From the NCBI GenBank assembly GCA_002418865.1, contig DIEY01000072.1:51881-115880 (forward strand): a stretch of DNA of 64,000 nucleotides. The letters run 5' to 3'. Within the stretch, counting starts at the first letter, position 1; each line of letters starts with the position of its first letter. The notes beneath the pieces are model-generated. The model saw only the letters and a program-made list of their open reading frames with translations, was not told the origin of the DNA and did not search any database. Positions 56,693 through 64,000 of the stretch are shown piece by piece. The translations under genes and the position numbers were made by a program. This stretch comes from Bacteroidales bacterium UBA5762 (GTDB lineage: Bacteria; Bacteroidota; Bacteroidia; Bacteroidales; TTA-H9).

Positions 56693-57268
56693 TCAGAATC
56701 TTGCTTCGACAGCCTCCCAGTTGATCATTTTCCAAAAATCAGCCACATAATCGGCTCTACGATTTTGTTTGTCGAGATAGTAGGCATGTTCCCACACATC
56801 ACAAGTCAAAAGAGGTGTTTTACCCTTACGAAGAGGATTTCCTGCATTGCTTTCTTGAATAATCTCCAAATGACCATCTGGATTTTTGACTAACCATGCC
56901 CAACCTGAACCAAAAAGAGATACAGCCGCAGCTGAGAATTTTTCTTTAAAAGCTTCGAACGAGCCAAATTCTCTTTGAATAGCTTTGGCAAGCTCCCCTT
57001 GAGGTTCACTTCTACCATTGGGCATTAAGCAATTCCAATAAAACGTATGATTCCAGACTTGAGCACCATTGTTAAAAATTCCCCCTTCAGCCTTCAAAAT
57101 GATATCTTCGAGACTGGAATTTTCGAAAGGAGTTCCTACAATAAGATTATTCAGATTGTTTACATACGTTTGATGGTGTTTCCCATAGTGAAACTCAATG
57201 GTTTGTTGGCTAATATATGGCTCAAGAGCATTCTTAGCCCATGGCAATGGCGGTAATTCATGTTTCAT
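56693..57268 (-). CDS. sod: Fe/Mn superoxide dismutase
   Basis: FHYGKHH, WNHTFYW, FGSGWAWL, DVWEHAYY; -7 box at 57321-57328. Confidence 0.97.
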   Translation of the reverse strand: MKHELPPLPWAKNALEPYISQQTIEFHYGKHHQTYVNNLNNLIVGTPFENSSLEDIILKAEGGIFNNGAQVWNHTFYWNCLMPNGRSEPQGELAKAIQREFGSFEAFKEKFSAAAVSLFGSGWAWLVKNPDGHLEIIQESNAGNPLRKGKTPLLTCDVWEHAYYLDKQNRRADYVADFWKMINWEAVEARF

Positions 57269-57355
57269 AACTTATTGCTTTTATAGTTGAAAAATTTAAA
57301 AACTATTCAAAATCTATTCTCAAAGATAGATATTTTTCTTTAAATATCCTTCAAA

Positions 57356-58858
57356 TTATCCACAATGATAATATTTTTCGACAAGATGTAAAATGGCTTC
57401 AGAATTATTTTCTACCTCTTGTCTGAGATTTTTATCATTATACGATTTTAATTGCTGAATTAATCCTTCAATAAAAGAAGAGGAAAATACCCCAAAGCGA
57501 GTATAAATATTAGCTTGAGCCTGAAGTTGCTCGGCCGACTCCCAACATGAAGCAGGAAGATGCTGTAATCCTTTGAGTTTTTCCTTATGGGCTTCGTCGA
57601 AGATATTTACGTCGACATAAGTGCGTTCAGCATATTCCAAAGCATTGGACATTTCAAGGCCATGTTGGGCTGCTACGACCAAACCAGCCAATAAATAATA
57701 CACATTAGCTGAACCATCGGGACTGCGAAATTCAACTGTTTGTTTTTGCGAAAAATCATATTCTCCAGATGGCTCAAGAGGATTGGCATCTTTAGCCATA
57801 TTAGCCTTGCCTAACCATCCGAGAGGTACACGCACTAATACAGAACGGTTCCTATCACCCCAGCAAATATTAGTTGGAGCTTCTTGGTATGGCACTAAAC
57901 GAAAATAAGAAGTAGGAATCTGATTGCCAAAAGCCGTAAGTGAGGGTGCTAAATCTAAAAAACCAGCTATGGCACGTTTTGCAATATTGCTTAACCCACC
58001 ATTTTCAATCATCATATTCTCGTCTTTCTTCATCAAACGTGTATGAATATGAAACCCACTACCAGCTTTTCCTGTAGTGATTTTGGGTGCAAAGGTCAAA
58101 TTAATATGTTGTCTATAAGCCAGATTGCGTAAAATCCATTTGGAAATCACAATTTGATCTGCGGCATCTTCAACAGCTACCGGCATAAATTCGAGCTCAT
58201 TCTGTTCGTAATCAAAATCTCCTAATGAAAAATTACCCACTTCGGAATGGCCATATTTTATAAAACCACCAAGTTGGGCAATATGAAGCATGGCTTGCCT
58301 GCGCAATTCAGCTCCCTTACAAAAAGGAGTCGATTCATGATATCCTCTCTGATCATCAGCATGAAATAGTTCGGTTCGTGGCTGAATAAGGTAATATTCC
58401 AATTCACCCATGGCTTCAAAATTTAAGCCTGTATGTTGCTTAAAAACTTCATGTGCCTTATGAAGAACATTCTCCGGAGCATCTTCAAATGGAATACCTT
58501 CTTTAGTATAATATGAACACAAAATATCCAATGTAGGGATTTCAGCAAATGGATTGATAAAGGCCGTACGATATCTTGGTATAACATACAAATCACTCGA
58601 ACCAGCTTCAATATTTCGAAACAAACTCGAGCCATCTACTCTTTCACCTGCACTTAACAAAGTATCTAAATGCTGGTAATCGTGAATAACAAAATTCAAG
58701 GTCTTGAGTCTTCCATCTCCCCCAACATACCTGAAATTTAACATACTAATATTATTATCCTCAACGTATCGTATGATATCCGCCTTTGTAAATTCGCTAC
58801 AGGGCTTATTTAAATATTGCACCAGAGGGTTGGGATTTAAATTTGTGTTTGTACTCAT
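57356..58858 (-). CDS. glnA: Glutamine synthetase type I family protein; start 58858
   Basis: VDGSS, GELEYY, HSEVG, FAPK, GSGFHIH, SYFRLVPYQEAP, NRSVLVRVP, EFRSPDG; -7 box at 58895-58902. Confidence 0.88.
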   Translation of the reverse strand: MSTNTNLNPNPLVQYLNKPCSEFTKADIIRYVEDNNISMLNFRYVGGDGRLKTLNFVIHDYQHLDTLLSAGERVDGSSLFRNIEAGSSDLYVIPRYRTAFINPFAEIPTLDILCSYYTKEGIPFEDAPENVLHKAHEVFKQHTGLNFEAMGELEYYLIQPRTELFHADDQRGYHESTPFCKGAELRRQAMLHIAQLGGFIKYGHSEVGNFSLGDFDYEQNELEFMPVAVEDAADQIVISKWILRNLAYRQHINLTFAPKITTGKAGSGFHIHTRLMKKDENMMIENGGLSNIAKRAIAGFLDLAPSLTAFGNQIPTSYFRLVPYQEAPTNICWGDRNRSVLVRVPLGWLGKANMAKDANPLEPSGEYDFSQKQTVEFRSPDGSANVYYLLAGLVVAAQHGLEMSNALEYAERTYVDVNIFDEAHKEKLKGLQHLPASCWESAEQLQAQANIYTRFGVFSSSFIEGLIQQLKSYNDKNLRQEVENNSEAILHLVEKYYHCG

Positions 58859-59006
58859 GACTTTAAAATATGTTAAAATTTTTAGATTAATGAGCAAAAT
58901 TATGACTTTCCCATCGATATTATCTGAATCTACTGCATAAGGTGAATAATTCTAAAATATTACCTCATTTCAACTCATATATTTACATTTGTAAAAATTA
59001 TATTGT

Positions 59007-60248
59007 ATGCGTATTGGAATTTTTGAAGACGAATTTTGCCATTATTTCCACCCTTTGACGCAGCTGAGGCCATTATTTGATTTGCGATGTGGTATATACT
59101 TATTGAGGGAAAAAACCAGCATGAGATATCCTGGTATTCCGGTCGATTATTTTGTAAGGGATATTTTAAAACCTCTCATGAACCAAACTTATGCTTCTGC
59201 AAGAATAAACGAACTGGCTTCTTCATCTTACCTTTTTATTAATGCTCGTTTGTTAGCCGATTCCACGTTTTACGCTTTTATTAATTCAGCAGTAGAGGGC
59301 CAATATTTCCTCATAGAAGGAGAGCTTGCTGCAGCCAAGTTAAATGCATCACAATTAAGCCTTCTGGCTTTTGATGAAGAAGGCTTGCTGGTTTTCCCGA
59401 ATGATAATAAGATAAAAATTACCAATTACCCTAAAGCGGGTTCTAAAATGGCTCATTATTTATGGGATTTAATTTATGAAAATGGTAATCAAATCATCAA
59501 TGATTTTCAACTGAGCCCAGGAAACGGTTATTGCGGTAGTAAATTACCCGAAGGGGTCTATCTAATAGAAGAGGGAAAAATCTTCATCGGCAATAATTCG
59601 AAAATATACCCTGGGGTTGCCATTTCAGCCGAAAATGGCCCTGTTTATATCGGGAATGAAGTAACTATTATGCCTAATAGCTTTATTGAAGGACCTTGCG
59701 CAATTGAAGATAAAACATTGATAAAAGCAGGCGCAAAAATTTATGGCAATACCAGTATTGGCCCCTATTGTAAAATTGGCGGTGAAGTGGAAGGCAGTAT
59801 TATTCACTCTTTGAGCAACAAACAGCATGATGGATTTCTTGGACATGCTTACCTAGGTCAATGGGTAAACCTTGGAGCCAATACCAATAACTCTGATTTA
59901 AAGAATAATTATTCCTCAATTAAGGCTTATTCCAATGGTCATTTTATCGATACGGGCCTTCTTTTCCTTGGCCTCATTATGGGTGATCATTCAAAAAGCG
60001 GCATCAACACCATGTTTAATACCGGAACTATAGTGGGCATAATGTGTAATGTGTTTGGAGCCGATTTCCCACCCAAATACATCTCCGATTTTTCATGGGG
60101 AGGAAAAAATGGAATAGAACGCTATAAAATTGAAAATGCCATAGAGACAGCACGTATTGTGATGCAAAGAAGGAAACAAACACTCACACCAGAAATGGAA
60201 GATCTTATAAAGTATTGGTACGATAAGGCTATTAATAATTATTCCTGA
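59007..60248 (+). CDS. Bacteroidota alternative GlmU-like sugar nucleotidyltransferase with hexapeptide repeats
   Basis: FHPLT..RP..DLRCGI..LREK, hexapeptide region, KIGGEV, NKQHDGFLGH, GANTNNSDLKN, GDHSKSGINTMFNTG; -7 box at 58984-58991. Confidence 0.85.
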   Translation: MRIGIFEDEFCHYFHPLTQLRPLFDLRCGIYLLREKTSMRYPGIPVDYFVRDILKPLMNQTYASARINELASSSYLFINARLLADSTFYAFINSAVEGQYFLIEGELAAAKLNASQLSLLAFDEEGLLVFPNDNKIKITNYPKAGSKMAHYLWDLIYENGNQIINDFQLSPGNGYCGSKLPEGVYLIEEGKIFIGNNSKIYPGVAISAENGPVYIGNEVTIMPNSFIEGPCAIEDKTLIKAGAKIYGNTSIGPYCKIGGEVEGSIIHSLSNKQHDGFLGHAYLGQWVNLGANTNNSDLKNNYSSIKAYSNGHFIDTGLLFLGLIMGDHSKSGINTMFNTGTIVGIMCNVFGADFPPKYISDFSWGGKNGIERYKIENAIETARIVMQRRKQTLTPEMEDLIKYWYDKAINNYS

Positions 60249-62686
60249 TTAGGTTGAGGAGTGATATTCAATTTTTTATTCTTGACGTATTTTTCGAGCC
60301 ATTGATCTGTTTCCCAAAGTGTATGTAGGATATTTTCTCTTGCAACATAACCATGGCTTTCAAAAGGCAAAATAACCAATCGGGCTGTTCCACCAAGGCC
60401 ATTGATAGCGGCAAACATACGTTCACTTTGCATTGTAAAGGTTCCGGAGTTATTATCGGCTTCACCATGAATAAGAAGCAAAGGCGATTTGATTCGATCG
60501 GCATATATAAAAGGAGACATCTTTAAATATACCTCTGGAGCCTCCCAAAATGTTCTTTCTTCTGATTGGAAACCAAATGGAGTGAGGGTTCGGTTATAAG
60601 CCCCGCTGCGAGCGATTCCAGCGGCAAACAAGTCGGAATGGGCCAAGAGATTAGCCACCATAAATGCTCCATAGGAATGGCCTCCTATAGCCACTCTTTC
60701 ACGATCGGCAATACCTCTTTCGGCAAGATATTCTATTGCTGCACGAGCATCTTCTACTAATTGCTCAATAAAAGTATCATTAGGTTCCTCATCATTTTCT
60801 CCAATTATGGGAAAACTAGCCTCATCGAGAACGGCATAACCTCTCAAGGCCCAAAATACCGGCGAACCATAATTAAAACTAACAAACTGATGTGGTGAAT
60901 CCTTTATTTGACCTGCTCTGTTGGCATCTTTATATTCTCGCGGATATGCCCACATGAGCAATGGCAACGGACCATCTTTATCAGGATCGTAAGCGGCAGG
61001 CAAATAAAGCGTGCCTGAAAGCTCAACCCCATCTTTCCTTTTATAAAATATTTTTTCTGATTTTATTCTTGACTGAAGGTCACCATAAGGACTGGTAAAA
61101 TAAGTGAGTTGACGCAATTTTTTCCCTGTTCGTACAAAAAGATTGGGTGTTTCATACTTGCTTTCTATTGAAGTAATCATAACAATTTTCTCTGGCTCAA
61201 TTACTCTTAATATGTTTTCATAATTCAATTTGCCTTCGGCTTGCCATAAACGACGTTTAGTTAAAGACGCCACATCGAGTTCATCTAAAAATGGACGATT
61301 ACCATCAGGGCTGTAGCCTTCGCCCTCCAAATAAAGATATTCCATATTTTTTGAAAACCTCAATATCCATTCATTGAATTCATTTCTTTGGGTTAGAAAA
61401 TCTCCTGGATCGGCGTAAAGATCTTCAAAAGATACATCGAATACAATTTTCTTAGTTGATGAAGGATTGGCAGGAGAGAAAAAACTAGTAAGGCTTCTTC
61501 TATTTTTATACCACAATTCGTTTAAAACAGCAATTTGGTCATTGCCCCAGATTATTCCAGAAAAACGATACTGAGTTGTAGCAATCTGTGTGGGTGGATT
61601 ATAGAGATGAGCATCTTGAATATAAATGGCATCTCTCTTATCGGTTTCAATTCTAGGGTCACCTTTATCGAGTGCTTCTACCCAGCAAAGTTCGGCTGGC
61701 TTATCACTGCGCCACCTTATAGCCCTTCTACCTTTTTCACAGGCATCAAACATGGGCAGAACATCTTCAACAACGGGCCGTAGATAAAAATCATGTAAAA
61801 ACTCACCACTTCCGCTATGGATTGCATATTTCATCGAAAAATCATAATAAGGGACATGGTAAGAAAATGGTTTTTGTATGGTGCTTACTAGAATGAATTT
61901 TCCATCAGGCGAATAATTTAAGCTTTGATATATTGCTGGGGGTAAAAATGGTTGTCGCGAGCCATCCAGACCAATTTTCAAAATAGCAGAAGTAGCATAG
62001 TGTTCAAATAAATTTTCATCATATGGATTTTTAAGCAAATCTTGATAGGTACGAAATGCCGACTTTTCACCTTTTGTTTCCTGAACTATAGGGCCTTCGG
62101 GTAAAGGCTTGTCTATCGGTAAGGAAGGCCAATTCTCAGGTACAACATTCACTAAAAGACTCTCAGAATCCGGTGCCCAATGATAAGGCGCCCCTAAACA
62201 TGCATTCATTCGTTGATGATATATCATCCTTGCTTGCTGAGTTTGAATATCTACAACCCATAAAGAAATATTCTTTCGGTAAGTATTGGTAAATGCAATT
62301 TTCTTATTATCGGGTGAAAAACTGAGATAAGCCATCTTTAAACTATCGGGAAGATTTTCAATGGGTAATTCTTTTCCTGTTGCAATTTCTATTAGCTGAA
62401 TTCCATAAAAATAATTTATCCGACTTTGGCTATAGGTCTCTGGATTTATTCTTAATCCGGCTAATCTCAATTCAGGTTGAGCCAATTCTTCTATATCTTT
62501 AAAAGCCTTACGCTCGCATAATATCATGTATTTATTATCATAATCAATAAATACGGCCGGTTGTGGCTTCACATCCACCAATTGAAGTATCTCAGGCGGT
62601 GGCAATTGATACTTTAAATTCTCCTGTGCATAATTCTCCATAATCATCAATAATAAATAAGGTAAAATAATCATCCACTTCTTCAT
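60239..62686 (-). CDS. S9 family serine peptidase (glutamyl peptidase/acylaminoacyl peptidase-like), secreted
   Basis: Signal NYA|Q, beta-propeller region, GGHSYG nucleophile, HGEADNN, ESHGY. Confidence 0.92.
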   Translation of the reverse strand: MKKWMIILPYLLLMIMENYAQENLKYQLPPPEILQLVDVKPQPAVFIDYDNKYMILCERKAFKDIEELAQPELRLAGLRINPETYSQSRINYFYGIQLIEIATGKELPIENLPDSLKMAYLSFSPDNKKIAFTNTYRKNISLWVVDIQTQQARMIYHQRMNACLGAPYHWAPDSESLLVNVVPENWPSLPIDKPLPEGPIVQETKGEKSAFRTYQDLLKNPYDENLFEHYATSAILKIGLDGSRQPFLPPAIYQSLNYSPDGKFILVSTIQKPFSYHVPYYDFSMKYAIHSGSGEFLHDFYLRPVVEDVLPMFDACEKGRRAIRWRSDKPAELCWVEALDKGDPRIETDKRDAIYIQDAHLYNPPTQIATTQYRFSGIIWGNDQIAVLNELWYKNRRSLTSFFSPANPSSTKKIVFDVSFEDLYADPGDFLTQRNEFNEWILRFSKNMEYLYLEGEGYSPDGNRPFLDELDVASLTKRRLWQAEGKLNYENILRVIEPEKIVMITSIESKYETPNLFVRTGKKLRQLTYFTSPYGDLQSRIKSEKIFYKRKDGVELSGTLYLPAAYDPDKDGPLPLLMWAYPREYKDANRAGQIKDSPHQFVSFNYGSPVFWALRGYAVLDEASFPIIGENDEEPNDTFIEQLVEDARAAIEYLAERGIADRERVAIGGHSYGAFMVANLLAHSDLFAAGIARSGAYNRTLTPFGFQSEERTFWEAPEVYLKMSPFIYADRIKSPLLLIHGEADNNSGTFTMQSERMFAAINGLGGTARLVILPFESHGYVARENILHTLWETDQWLEKYVKNKKLNITPQPNQE

Positions 62687-62753
62687 AGTACACTACTTTT
62701 ATAATTTAACCATGATTTATAGCATAGTTTCTGAATCTATTTTTTCTGTTGAG

Positions 62754-63923
62754 TTAAAAAACAATTTGAATGTTTTCCCATTTGTCTTTTAGGCGTTGAA
62801 TTTCTTCCTTTTTAATAGGATTTCCTTTTAAGTTGATATATTTTAATGAGGTACAATATTCTATTTCGTCGGGTAGGCTTTTGAGTTTGTTTGAAGACAA
62901 ATCGAGTAATTCGAGTTGTGATAGTTCTTTAATGCCGGCAGGTAAAGAGGTAATTTTATTGGATGCCAGATGCAATTCCTTCAATCCTTTCGGAAAAAAC
63001 AAAGAATCGGGAATTTGTTCCAAACGATTGTTGGAAACATCGAGATACACAAGCTTTTGAAGACTTTTTAATGTATTCGGGAGACTTGCCATCATATTGC
63101 CTTTTAAGACCAACACTTCAAGGTTTTCTAAATGTTGAATATCATCGGGCAGAAGACTAATATTGTTACTGGATAAATAAAGTTCCTGTAATTGAGATAG
63201 ATGAAATAAATATTGTGGTGGCTTGGATAGCTTATTGCTTGAGAGATTCAAATATTGCAAAGATTGTAAGTCGCTTATGTCAACAGGAAGTCGTTCGAGA
63301 TTGCATTCACTCAAATAAAGTTGACGCAGACTCTTGCATTGTTTTAAAATAGAAATAATCTGATCGAGCTGTAAAGAAGTATTCCCAGATAAATCGAGGG
63401 TTTGCAGACTATCGAGTGAGTTAAGGCATTCGGGCAGCGTTTGTATGTTATTGTGATGAAGCGATAATACCTGAAGATATTCGAAATTGCAGAAATAATC
63501 AGGAATTTCAATTATCTTATTTTTCCCAGCAAAAAACATGAAGAGATAAGGAAATTTTGATAAACCCGATGGAAGATATTGTATGTTATTTTCCTGAAGG
63601 TCGATAATCTGCAAATAAGGTAAACTTCCATAGTACTTACGCGTAAAAGCTTCTTCGAAGTCAATACCTGGATTGCCTGCTAAATGAAGCACTCTGAGAT
63701 TTTCTAAATTTCTCACACGTTCAGAATTGAACGTTAGATTCTGATAACTTAAATCGAGTACTACGCAATTCCATGGATCTTCAAAAGCTTCATCGTACGA
63801 AGTATAAACTTTTTCCCTCATCAATTCTTCGAGTGATAATGGCTGACTAAAGATCGAATCAGAAAAGCCATATATACATAGTAATGTAATTGTAATGCGA
63901 AAATAAAATCTTAAATTTTTCAT
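62754..63923 (-). CDS. Secreted leucine-rich repeat protein; start probably 63923
   Basis: Signal IFS|Q followed by about 12 LxxLxLxxNxLxxLP repeats of 23 aa. Confidence 0.92.
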   Translation of the reverse strand: MKNLRFYFRITITLLCIYGFSDSIFSQPLSLEELMREKVYTSYDEAFEDPWNCVVLDLSYQNLTFNSERVRNLENLRVLHLAGNPGIDFEEAFTRKYYGSLPYLQIIDLQENNIQYLPSGLSKFPYLFMFFAGKNKIIEIPDYFCNFEYLQVLSLHHNNIQTLPECLNSLDSLQTLDLSGNTSLQLDQIISILKQCKSLRQLYLSECNLERLPVDISDLQSLQYLNLSSNKLSKPPQYLFHLSQLQELYLSSNNISLLPDDIQHLENLEVLVLKGNMMASLPNTLKSLQKLVYLDVSNNRLEQIPDSLFFPKGLKELHLASNKITSLPAGIKELSQLELLDLSSNKLKSLPDEIEYCTSLKYINLKGNPIKKEEIQRLKDKWENIQIVF

Positions 63924-64000
63924 GAAGTGTATATTCTTAAACGCAGAGTTACCATTCATTTGTATAAAAGAGTCACAGATGAGTTTTTAGTTATTCCATT

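Noticed and set aside
56541-56750. 69-aa plus-strand ORF with CACATTTG between glmS and sod
   Set aside because: The box lacks the invariant TA, the ORF overlaps the sod 3' end, and it has no motif
57283-57329. ATAG/CTAT tetramers around the sod promoter suggesting OxyR
   Set aside because: Order and spacing (CTAT-N7-CTAT-N8-ATAG) do not fit ATAG-N7-CTAT-N7-ATAG-N7-CTAT
196-63160. Roughly 60 short ORF-track entries antisense to or out of frame within long genes (e.g. 1636-2022, 17817-18281, 39987-40337, 47225-47569)
   Set aside because: They are shadows of well-supported genes, with no motifs or independent promoters
1-64000. CRISPR arrays, tRNA/rRNA, IS elements, prophage, defence systems, riboswitches (including a glmS ribozyme)
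   Set aside because: No regular repeat-spacer array, cloverleaf, transposase, integrase or phage gene was seen; the glmS leader is only 38 nt

Overview
A 64-kb chromosomal segment of an AT-rich Bacteroidota (Bacteroidales-like) genome. The assignment rests on TAnnTTTG -7 promoter boxes in front of about 20 genes, two T9SS C-terminal domains and Bacteroidota-type orthologues. It is mostly housekeeping (gmk, yicC, gcvH, tonB, polA, ribF, asd, ispG, fabH-rpmF-yceD, recO, glmS, sod, glnA) plus many peptidases (M28, C40, S46, M48, M64, S9). I found no rRNA, tRNA, CRISPR array, transposase or prophage. The best candidate for an undescribed system is an amino-acid catabolism island at 39.6-51.2 kb. 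It encodes a 1074-aa single-chain Fe-S flavoprotein collinear with the four subunits of archaeal dye-linked proline dehydrogenase, divergent from a PutB-type proline dehydrogenase. It also carries tryptophanase with a Trp-containing 26-codon leader ORF and an M64-ptb-ptb-buk operon. Two Rex-like 18-bp palindromes sit on promoters of this island. Other highlights are a tandem TPR histidine kinase plus His->Ala pseudokinase with a LytTR regulator, a SRAP + SprT-like protease cluster, a recO that appears to need a non-canonical ATC start, a sigma54-like hsp20 promoter with an upstream inverted repeat, and a dispersed 31-bp repeat. All calls come from motif reading by eye; no database searches were run.
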